A DNA stretch of 63,922 nt, the filler included, from Chrysochromulina tobinii (taxonomy: Eukaryota): assembly GCA_001275005.1 (NCBI GenBank). It is 7 parts of 7 records of this genome, joined end to end, with 100 filler letters (N's around TTAATTAATTAA, not from the genome) between each part and the next. Parts side by side here need not be neighbours in the genome. Positions count along the whole stretch, not along the records: positions 1 to 17,070 come from JWZX01000789.1; 6 more parts are not named here. One strand, given 5' to 3'. Numbering within the stretch: the first letter of the stretch is position 1; each line of letters starts with the position of its first letter. Positions 1-10,474 of this stretch are shown here, in pieces. The notes beneath the pieces are model-generated. The model worked only from the letters and a program-made list of their open reading frames with translations, was not told the DNA's origin and did not search any database. Made by a program: the position numbers and the translations under genes.

Positions 1-72
1 CGGTGGTGAGGGCGGCGGTGGCGAGGGCGGCGGGGGCGAGGGTGGTGGTGGTGATGGCGGCGGCGGCGATGG

Positions 73-108
<36 letters not shown>

Positions 109-1685
109 TGGCGGAGGAGGAGAAGAAAAGATGCGCACCTCGTGAAGATTGAGCGTGCGCCCTGTCCCGGGCAGCACGATGGTCACATAGGTTCCACTGA
201 GATCCCTCTGGCAGTCGAACGTAAACGGACCGGCCGTGGCTGGGACCATCTGATTACCCACGACGCACGCTTGCGACGTAGCTGAGTTGTAGTCTCCTGG
301 CGACGTACCGACCCATATTTGGAAGGGCGACAGGCGTTCCCCACAGCAGTCACCGCGATTCATGATCCACACAAGCCGCACAGCTTGTTGGCCGGAAATC
401 CGAATCGACAACCATGGATTGGCCACTCCCTGGTCGGAGTGGCACAAATCCGCTACTGTGGGTGAGATCTGGCCATTGATGCAGGACGAGGCGGGAAATG
501 CGCCGCCACAACAGGTGGAGCTCATGCTGGCACTCAGACTTGGGATCGCTGGCATGCTGGGGCTCTGGCATTCAACGCTCGCCATCCTGTCGAAGCTGAG
601 GAGGATAGCCAGCCAGACTCTCCATCGAGCAAAACCCGGCTGCGACCTTCCTCGCCGACTCCCACGTGCTCCTTGCGTCCCGTCTCGCATCGTGCACGAT
701 CGCAGTGCTCTATGCAGCCCCGCCAACCGAACGATGAGGCCAGCCATCGCAAAGAAGACCAGGCAAGCGAATCGACCCATCTCGCCTTGGAGAGCGGTGG
801 CCTTCCATCCCGTGGCTGCAGAGTAGGCATGCGTGTGTAAGGTGGCGCCTTGGGGCGGCGGCAGCGAACTCGGCGGGGGCGACGAGGGGGGGTGCATCGG
901 CGTCGGCGGTGGCGAAGGCCGCGGTGGCGAGGGTGCGGACGGTGGCGCCAGCGGCGGAGGGGGCGTTGACTTTGGCGATTGCGGCGAGGGCGTGCCGGCC
1001 GAGATGCTGCCAGGAGTGGGCGGCATCGTTGGAGGCGATGGAGGCGGGAGAACCAACGGCGGCGGCGCGATCACGTCACGGGGACCGCAGTCGGAGCAAT
1101 CATCGCCGAACGCGCAGTTTCCAGACTCGGCGCACGGGCCACCATCGTCGCACGAACTTTCGCTGCCCCATGTCGTAAAGAGCGCGCACCGAATGATGTG
1201 CCCCCCGGGGGGCGAGGGCGGCGACAGCGGCGGCGACGGAGGCGACGGAGGCACAGGCGGAGTGGGAGGGGGGGGGGAGGCGGAGCCTGAGGCGAAAGTG
1301 GAGGCATGCGCGGAGCAGCAAGCAGCGAAATCATCGGCGATTGCGCGAACGGCGAGAAGGGCGGGAGTGGCGGCGGCATCATGTAACGAGGGCAACAATA
1401 CTCCGTACAAAAGGAGGTCGCTGTCAGGGGCGCTCCAATGGCGAGCGCAGTCGGCGTGATAGTGCACGCCTGGTTGTCGCCGCAATTCGACGGAAAGTTG
1501 GGCGAGCGATTGCAGTTGGGCGAGCTAGGATCGACGGCGCAAGAGCCGGAGGAGACGGTAAAGGAGGTGTCCTGTGCGTCGGCGATGCTCACCATCATGA
1601 CGAGGAAGATGATCCGGGCGAGCCGAGGCACGGAACCGACGCTGCAGCGTCGGCACGGTTCGGGGGTTACGAATGCGTACGCCAT
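1..1685 (-). CDS. Secreted/surface Pro-rich mosaic protein: signal peptide, CUB-like domain, Cys-rich CDDGG..GDDCSDCGPR module and F-type lectin domain; one frameshift near the G-run at ~1266-1278; 3' end truncated by the window edge
   Basis: ORF 1071..1685 gives the hydrophobic leader and SPNFPSNCGDNQACTITP (CUB-like). A second frame, open from ~1320 to base 1, reads SSCDDGGPCAESGNCAFGDDCSDCGPR and LCHSDQGVANPWLSIRI..VWIMNRGDCCGERLSPFQIWVG..LNLHEVRIF (fucolectin-type H..RGDCC.ER motif), separated by SPP repeats. Confidence 0.6.
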
Positions 1686-1914
1686 GTTTTACTCAGAGGG
1701 ACACGGGGACGCCAAACCACCGGTTGACTTCCTCCAGACGCCATTGCACCAACTTTTCTTCGACTTCCCAAGGGAACATCGCAATTTGGGTGAGAAGAGG
1801 CTTAATTAAATACTACCCTCCCTCCGAGCACGACACTGGGGATTCGTCGGGTCCCGAGAGGGCGCCAACTGTTCAAAGTCCAGAGGCGCTAATTCCGCTG
1901 CAAGGTCGTGAAAG

Positions 1915-2422
1915 ATGCTCCCATTTCCTTTCTTGCTGCGCGCGGCGCCGAGCATAGCTCGCGCCTCGTCATGGCGCTTACGACCGCCGGCCCTCGCTGG
2001 TTCGCGAGTGCGACCGCTTTGCGCGCCGGCGGCGGAGCGCATCACCATCACCTTTGTGGAGGCTGGCGAGGACGTGGTCGTCGAGGCGCAGGTCGGCAAG
2101 AGCATCCTCGAGGTCGCGCAGGAAAACGAGATCGACCTCGAGGGCGCGTGCGACGGCTCAATGGCCTGCTCCACGTGCCACGTTGTCTTCGAGCAGAAGC
2201 ACTTTGACGTGCTGCCGAAGCCCGAGGAGGAGGAGGAGGACATGCTCGACTTGGCGTTCGGCCTGACGGACACGTCGCGGCTCGGCTGCCAGATCAAGGT
2301 ACGCGCGCGCCGCACGCAGACCGTGCGCACGCCGATCTGAACCCGCCGGTGCCGGCCCGCGCCTTTGGCAGGTCGCGCCGTCGCAAGACGGCATGAAGCT
2401 CATCATCCCGGGCTCAGGCTGA
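1915..2422 (+). CDS. Adrenodoxin-type (mitochondrial) 2Fe-2S ferredoxin; exons 1915-2298 and 2372-2422
   Basis: [15 protein letters not shown] and [19 protein letters not shown] motifs; Arg-rich leader; GT-AG intron 2299-2371 restores the ending [16 protein letters not shown]. Confidence 0.92.
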
Positions 2423-3077
2423 GACGAGACGGCGCGCACGAGCGGCGTCTGCTGGCCGCGCTCATTGCTCCGAACGGCGCTCCGCTGGCCCGAGGTCGCT
2501 GGCGAGGTGCTCGGCTGGTCGACTCCGCAGACGAGCGGGCACGCGCGTGCACTAGGCCGCGCGCCCGCTCCGATACGGCGCCGTCCAGCCGGTCGCGGCA
2601 GCATGCAAGTGCTCATCACGGCGCCGTCCAGCCGGTCGCGGCTGGGCGACGCTGAAGGTGTGGCCGTGTGGGGCTGGTGAGGCCCTGTAGTGGCAGGCGG
2701 CGCGCGCGGTGGCAGACGAGCAGAGACCTCATCCGATACTTGAATTTATATGTAGCTACGTTTGGATTCGCCCGTCGGATCATTTTAGTTCATGCCAGCT
2801 ACGTACGGCGTTCGTTCGATTCACGGATTTCATAGGGTCCGGTTTTACCCAAGGGGGTAGGTTGACGGGATTAATATCTGGATTTGCACACAATCCTCAT
2901 ACCCTGATTTCAAACTCAGAGTGAACTGCAACACACCGCATCAGAGAGATCAACACGATATGGGAGGCCTGGTCGGCCGCTCGCTCCGCAGACCGCACGC
3001 TTGGGACGGGGGGTCGTCACAGGACACGCGCTTCTGCTCGGTGGGCTCGCGGCTCGGCTCTGCGGCACTCTGTCTGT

Positions 3078-5429
3078 CTACGTGAGGTCATCAGCGTCCT
3101 TAGCATCGGCGGGCACCTCAGCCGGCTCCTCACTTAGAGGCGCATCCGCATCCGGCACCTCGCCCAGCATGCAAGTGCTCATCACGACGCCCCCTCCACT
3201 CAGAGGCTCATCCGCATCCGGCACCTCGGCGGGCGCCTCGGCGGGTACCTCGCCCGGCGCCTCGGCGGGCACCTCGGCCGGCGGCCTTGGGGCGGCCACA
3301 CACAGCTCAATCAGCGCATCCTTCGCTGCGACCAGCTTCGCCTCGTCCTTCGCCTTCCTGATGGGTTTCGGCAGCAGCTCCGGCGGGAGATCGAGGTTGA
3401 GATACGCGGCGAACTCGTGCAGCTTCTTGATGGCGACGCGGATGTTGTACCTGATGAGGGATGCAATCATAGGTCATCAAGAGGTCATTGGATGATCATC
3501 CAGAGGCCATCCAGAGGCCATCCAGAGGCCCTCAAACGTGATGAGGGATGCAATCAAAGGTCATCAAGAGGTCATTGGATGATCATCCAGAGGCCATCCA
3601 GAGGCCCTCAAAAGGGCCTCAAACGTGATGAGGGATGCAATCAAAAGGCGAGCACGTACTCGGCCGTGAGCTCGGCGCATCTCGCCTGGAGCTCCGCCAC
3701 GCCCAGCAGCGCGAGTGCTCGGTTTTCTCGAAGCTGCTTCTCCTCCTTCGCTTTCGCGATCTCGACCCCGAGCCGCTCGAGCTCGTCCATGGCCGCGTGG
3801 TACCGACGGCGCGTCTCCTTCACCTGTGGGGAGATGGGGCGCCGTGGTGAGCGTTTGCATGCAAGGCAGGGCCGCGTGGTACCGACGGCGCGTCTCCTTC
3901 ACCTGATGAGGGTTGCAATCAGCATGCAATCAGGGAGGACATCCATTGCAATCAGAGAGGCAATCCAATCCAATCAGAGAGGCAAGCACAAGGTGCACTC
4001 AAGGTGTGAAGGCAAGGTGTGAAGGCAAGCACAAGGTGCAATCAAGTGCGGCGCGTCGTTCACACCTCCTTTTGGCTCTCCTTGACGAAGTTTCGTCGCT
4101 CCTCGAGCTGCTGCTCCAATATTCCCTGGTACCTGTGGGGAAAAGGGGTGGGTCGCGCGCCGTGGTGAGCACTCGCGTGCACCGGGTTCACAAGCAGAGG
4201 CCCACGTACACGTAGTAGGGCACCAGAGCCTGATGGCAATCGCAATCAGAGGCCCACGTACACGTAGTACGGCACCAGAGCCTGATGGCAATCGCAATCA
4301 GAGGCCCACGTACACGTAGTACGGCACCAGAGCTTCGAACGTCGTCGTGAGCTCCATCGCCATCCTCATCGACTTGCCACGCAGCTCCATCGCCTCCTCC
4401 GCCGCCTTCGCCGCCGACGCGCCGCCCTTGCCCTTCACCTGCTCCGCTGTCTGCTGCGCTTCCTCCGCCAGTGCCTTGGCCATCTCATAGGCGGCCAGCT
4501 TGGCAAGGTGGGCGGCGTTCTCCTGTTGCAGGCGCGCATGCTCCGCAATCAGACGCAATCAGACGCAATCAGACGCAATCAGACGCAATCAGACGCAATC
4601 AGACGCAATCACTCACCTGTTGCAGGCGCGCATGCTCCGCCTGGGTGTTGCGCTCGGCGTTGGCCAATTGCCGTTTGGCGCCATCCATCTTGACCTGTGC
4701 CAAAAAGGGAGGGGGGCGTCGTGGTGAGCACTTGCATGCAGGGCGGGGTGTGTGGCCAGCTGATGCTTGGCGTCATCAGGCGTCATCAGTGGTCATCAGT
4801 GGTCATCAGTGGTCATCAGTGGTCATCAGTGGCCTGACCTGCGCCTGCGTCATCGCGTCTCGCTCATTGTTGATGATCTCGATGCACTTTGGCACGCGCT
4901 CATCCACCTCCTCGTCCTCCTCCTCCTCGTCGCCAGAGCCCTGCGCATTGACGAAACTCGAGCGCAGCCGTCATCAACTGCAATCAGAGGTCATCAACTG
5001 CAATCAGAGATCATCAACTGCAATCAGAGGTCATCAATGCGCATTGACGAAACTCGAGCGCAGCCGTCACCGAGTGCCCGCGATTGCCTAATTTGGGGTG
5101 TACCTCCACAGCGAGGCATCCTCAGCGACAACCATCCTCGCAATCAGAGGTCATATATTGCAATCAGAGGTCATCAGCGACAACCATCCTCACAACTACC
5201 GCAGCCATCAGCGAGGCACTCAGCATGCAAATCACTCAGCGTGCAAATCACTCAGCATGCAAATCACCTGCCCCTTCCGCCACGCCGACGCGTCTTCCTC
5301 CTCCTCCTCCGCCGGCGCGGGCGCCGTCGCGGGCGCCGCCTCGACCTCCCCCGAGCTGCCGCCGCCGCCGCCGCCGCCACTGACGACCCCATTGCTCACA
5401 TCACCACTGTCGTCGCCGCTGCTGCTCGT

Positions 5430-5461
<32 letters not shown>

Positions 5462-6167
5462 GTGGCGGAGGAGGCGGCGGCGGCGGCGGCGGCGGCGCAC
5501 CGCTCCCGCTCCAGTGCGGCGCGAGGTGCGGCGGCGAAGCGCCGTTGCATGCAGCGAGCGACTTGCGCAGTGATGAAACCTCGGCCTCGCTCAGCGAGTG
5601 CTCAAAGGCGAGCGCCTGCTCGAAGGCCAGGCGCGCGCCGGCGAGGTTGCCCTTGCGCAGCTGCTCCTCCCCCGACGAGCTCAGCGACCGGTACAGCGCT
5701 CGCACATCGGCGAGCGGCGCGCCGGCGCCCACCTTGGTGCCGGTGCGTGGCATGCGCTCGAGCTTCTGCTGCACCTGCTTGAGGAGATCCTTGCGCTTGA
5801 AGCGCGAGAGCAGATCGCGCTCGCCCTTGGGTGGCTCCTTGGCCGACAGCTCCTGCTTCGCGCGCTCGTAGTACTCAAAGGCCTGCTGCAGGTTGCCGAG
5901 CTTGTCGTGCACGGCCGCGAGCTGATTGTAGCACAGCACGCACTCGGTCTTCGAGGGCGGCAGGTATCGCTGGTTGACCGAGAGCGCCTGCTCGAAGAGC
6001 GGCAGCGCCTCCGTAAACGCGCCGCTGTTGAGCTTCACGAGCCCCTCGGCGAAGAGCGACGACGCGATGCGCAGCGCATCGGACAGCTGCTTCGGCGTCG
6101 GCGAGGAGGGTGGGGGCTGCTGTTGCGTGCTGCTGCTCGCTTTTTGCTTGGGATTGGGCGAGTCCAT
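3078..6167 (-). CDS. Multi-exon TPR and coiled-coil protein (approximate exons 6167-5268, 4941-4840, 4694-4617, 4522-4316, 4132-4066, 3823-~3650, 3450-3078)
   Basis: TPR-like helices (ALPLFEQALSV, YNQLAAVHDKLGNLQQAFEYYERA) in ORF 5232..6167; coiled-coil coding fragments between repeat-filled GT-AG introns. Boundaries partly uncertain. Confidence 0.6.
4547..4612 (-). repeat. Intronic tandem array (TGATTGCGTC)n
   Basis: Perfect 10-bp units, agacgcaatc on the + strand. Confidence 0.95.
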
Positions 6168-6365
6168 GCTGCTCGCCTCCTCTGCGACGGAGCGGAGGCG
6201 CGGCTTTGCGCGGGCGGCGGCGAAACCTCCTTCTCAAGCGTGCACTGCTGCGCACTTGCGGACGAGCGGGCGCCCTCTCGAAGACTCCGATTCGGACGTT
6301 TCGCTCAAACTTGTCTCGGTCGTCTCGGGCCCAGACTGGAAGTCAGTTTCGTCGTGACGCTCACT

Positions 6366-6414
6366 AAGGACGGCTCCGCACCCCTCGGTCAACACAAGTA
6401 CTGAGTACTCGCTC
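6366..6414. repeat. Dispersed 49-bp repeat; second copy inverted at 20574-20622
   Basis: 48/49 identity between two contigs; contains AGTACTGAGTACT. Confidence 0.85.
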
Positions 6415-7240
6415 TTTCGGGTCACTCCGATATGCTAATGAGGTCGGTCTAACGGTCTCTCCCTGTGGGGTGTTCCCTGTCGCAGGGCCCTGTCGCTTTA
6501 TCTGCCCCATGCTGAAACTGCGAGGGTCCGCCACCCCCCACGGAAAAGGTCGCCAAACACGGGGGCCGCTACAGTAACCTTCTCGACGACCGGCCGTTAT
6601 ACAAAACAGCACTCCTGTCAGAGATACACGACAGTACTACATGCATCATGCAGTCAGGAGTACCTCTGACCTCGAGCGTCTCGAGACTCTCTGTGAGGAC
6701 ACACTCAGTTGACACTCTCAGACTCGCACTCAAACTTGCACACACAAGATACGTCTAACGGATCTCCCTCGGAGATACGTCTAACGGATCTCCCTCGGAG
6801 ATACGTCTAACGGCTCTCCTCTGCGCGGCCCGGGACACACATTCGAGTTATGCATGTTGCGCGCCGTCTCGGGCGCGGCCCATCGGCTCGTCCGAAGCAC
6901 ACGTTAGGCGCCGTCTCGGGCGGTCATATTGCCGTATTCCATGGGCCGTATTTAGCGCACCACGTGCATCGGAGGGTAAGCTTCGAGCGGCAGCCCTTGG
7001 CTCAGATTACACCTCCAGAGCTCGATCAGAGCGAGCTCAGAGGGAGCTCGGAGCTCGCTCAGCTGAGCTGCGAGCTCAGAGGGAGCTCGGAGCTCGCTCA
7101 GCTGAGCTCGCTCTTCTGGGCAGGTCCGAGTTGACGCGAGCTCAGAGGGAGCTCAGAGGGAGCTCAGAGGGAGCTCAGAGGGAGCTCAGAGGGAGCTCAG
7201 AGGGAGCTCAGAGGGAGCTCAGAGGGAGCTCAGAGGGAGC

Positions 7241-10200
7241 TCAGAGGGAGCTCAGAGCTCTTCTGGGCAGGTCCGAGTTGACGCCACCGTTGAAGAGCGC
7301 CGCATCGAGCGCCGCGCCCTGCAGTTCGCGCACGTTCTGGTCGTACCATATTTGGTCGAGCCACGTCGGTTTCGTCAGACCGATCTCGGCCTGGAGCACC
7401 TTCTCACTCATCTTGAGCGAGCCAACGGCCCAGCCCGACCGGTAGCCGTAGTCCTGTGGGGACAGAGCAAGGGCAGCTCATCAGTGCTCATCAGTGCTCA
7501 TCAGTACTCATCAGTGCTCATCAGTGCTCATCAGTGCTCATCAGTGCTCATCAGTGCGCATCAGTGCGCATCAGTGCTCATCAGTGCTCATCAGTGCTCA
7601 TCAGTGCGCATCAGTGCGCATCAGTGCTCATCAGTGCTCATCAACGCTCATCAGTGCTCATCAGTCGCAATCCCTGGCCAGCAGGGCGAAACGCCCTCGA
7701 TTGCATGCACACCTGGTCGGCAAGGTACACGTCATGAGTCTTCGTAGGCTTGCGTACCTAAGTAGGGAGAGAAGGGTGCCGAGGTGAGCGCTTGCATGCA
7801 AGGTACACGTCATGAGTCTTTGTAGGCTTGCGTACCTAATTAGGGAGAGAAGGGTGCCGAGGTGAGCGCTTGCATGCAAGGTACACGTCATGAGTCTTTG
7901 TAGGCTTGCGTACCTAATTAGGGAGAGAAGGGTGCCGAGGTGAGCGCTTGCAGCAAGGTACACGTCATGAGTCTTCGTGGGCTTGCGTACAAGGGCACGG
8001 TTGGCGCCCGTGCAATCAGATGTCATCAGTGTGCAATCAGAGGTCATCAGTGTGCAATCAGATGTCATCAGTGTGCAATCATATGTCATCAGCGTACAAG
8101 GGCACGGTTGGCGTCCGTGCCAGTGCTCGCGCTCAGCCGCCCTATCCCCGGGGTAGTGGGATCTTCAGAGTCCCAATTCGAGACGGTCATGAAGGTGGGC
8201 TTGGCGATGGAGGCGGGGCTGATGCCCTTCTGCTGCAGCTGGTCCTCATGGAACGTGAGCAGTGATGAGTGCTGCTCACCGAGCGCCCAAGACGACACGT
8301 CAGCTCGCCATCAGTGACCATCAGGGGCACTCAGAGGCACTCAGAGGTCATCAGCTCGCCTGCTCGTCGAGGGCCTTGGCGCCCATCGGGGTGCTCATGT
8401 CGAGCAACGTCACGGGACTGCGTGGGTCGGTATGGAACTGCTTATAATAATCGGCCGAGCTAGTGTAATAAGTCTCGAGGAAGCCCGAGCAGTTGCCGTA
8501 CTGTACCTTGATGCCTGAGTACACGGGCTTCCCGTCGGGGTCGACGCCCACCTGATGCAATTAGGATGCACTCAGGATGCCACCGAAGATGCACTCAGCA
8601 AGGAACTGAGGCCGTCAGTAGGCAATCAGCATGCAATCAGCATGCAATCAGCATGCAATCAGCAAGGAATCCGAGGCCATCAGAGCCAAGCGGAGGCGAT
8701 TGGGGAGCCATTAGAGCCACTGAGAAGCAAACAAAGGCAATCAAAGGCAATCAAAGGCAATCACCGAGCCACTCAAAGCCACTCAGTAGCCATCAACGGC
8801 AATCACCTTGCACTTGAGCGGACCATCGTGGTAGCGACCGGCAAAGGGGGCGGCGAGGGTCATGTCGTTGATGAGGCCCTCCATCAGTCCCAACTTGTTA
8901 GCCCACCACGCATCTTCGTAGTACACATAGACCTTCTGCATCGATCCAACAGTAACGGCCTCCAACACGGCCTGCACCTGTGGGGAAGAGGGGGAGCGCC
9001 GTGATGAGCATGTGCATGCAGGGCCGGGGCATCACCAACACGGCGCGCACCTCGCTCGTGCTGTCTATCACGAGCACGCTGTCTGACACGTTCATGAGCT
9101 TCTCGATGGAGGCGCCGGGCAGGTTGAGCATTACCTAATGAGGGACGCAATCATATTGAGCATCCTCAGCATGCAATCATCTGAAGCGTCTTCAGCATGC
9201 AATCATGGCATGTGGAGCACCTTCGAGGCCGTGAACGTGGCGCCATTACGGAATGAGAGACGTGTCGAGCGGCCAGTACCAGCGACGATCGAGATGAGCT
9301 CATGCCCAAAGTGCACCTGCGTACTCAGCCAGCAATCACGTGCAATCACTCTGCATGCAATCACTCTGCATGCAATCACTCTGCATGCAATCACTCTGCA
9401 TGCAATCACTCTGCATGCAATCACTCTGCATGCAATCGAGATGAGCTCATGCCCAAAGTGCACCTGCGTACTCAGCCAGCAATCATGTGCAATCACTCTG
9501 CATGCAATCACTTTGCATGCAATCAAAGCCATGCTCGAAGCCATGCTCGAAGCGGACCTGCGTGCCTTCTCCAAAGTCTTCGATCTCGCCAAGCATCACC
9601 TCAATCGGCCACGAGAACCTAATGACGCAAATCATCAAAGGCAAGTCATAGGCCAGCAGAGGCCCGCAGAGACCAGAATGGGGACAGCACAGGACATCAG
9701 AGGCCAGCAGAGGACAGCATATGCACGTACCCGAAATTGTTGCCGTACGTATCCTTGATGACGTAGCAGTTGCCGCTGCCCTCGCAGCCGCCGGCGCACT
9801 GCCAGTCGTAGCAAGCGGTAGGCAGCCTGAGCGCGTCCCAGACGAGCTGCGCGGGCAGCAGGTCCGTCTCGATGAAGCGGTAGCCGCCCGCGTCGAGCGC
9901 CAGGTCCGGCGCCGGCGGAAGGCCGCGGATCGAGAAGATGCGGCCGCCCACCCGGCCGTTGGCCTCGAAGACGCAGACGTTGGATGGATCGACGGTGTCA
10001 GTGTCGATGGACATGCGCCACGCGAAGTAGGCGCCGCCCCAACCTGCGCCAACCACCGCCAGATCGCAGTGCTTCGGCTCGTCGCGCAGGAGCGACGGGT
10101 TCCGGCGCTGCTCCAGAGCCGCATCCGAGATCATCTCGCCGAGCTCCGGGCGCCATTTAGCCTGAAAGCGCCACGCCGACGCCGACGAGTTGGGGAGCGA

Positions 10201-10260
10201 GGGCAGCATACTCTCCACAATCGTCGGCGCGGCCTGGGACAGCAACGTCAGCGACAGCAT
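7241..10260 (-). CDS. Flavin-dependent amine oxidase / L-amino-acid-oxidase-like protein, multi-exon (about 9-10 exons)
   Basis: FAD dinucleotide-binding motif DLAVVGAGWGG..FEANGRVGGRIFS..DAGGYRF; internal KVYVYYEDAWW; C-terminal VYLADQ|DYGYRSGWAVGSL. Introns are filled with tandem repeats. Confidence 0.85.
7478..7665 (-). repeat. Intronic tandem array (TGATGAGCAC)n
   Basis: About 18 units of tcagtgctca on the + strand, inside the last oxidase intron. Confidence 0.95.
7722..7990 (-). repeat. 78-bp tandem units, each an exon copy plus the GCATGCAAG cassette ending in TAG
   Basis: aaggtacacgtcatgagtc recurs at 7722, 7800, 7878 and 7955. Confidence 0.9.
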
Positions 10261-10474
10261 CTTCTTGGCTGCTGTACCCCCTGGCCCGACGGTCGGAGCA
10301 GTCCAGTCCAGTCGCGAAACTTCCGACGGCCCCGAGATTCCACGGAACCCGGGTCGTGTTCGTGGATGAACTTTCACTTTTGGGGGCCATGTTGACTTTT
10401 CCGGAAGTTTCGTGTCCCCAACGCGCGCCCCGCCAGATGCCTTCTCCGAAGCGGAAGCAATCCGAGTGCGTATA

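Noticed and set aside
7478..8100. Regular repeats resembling a CRISPR array
   Set aside because: No unique spacers, no cas genes, and a eukaryotic intronic context.
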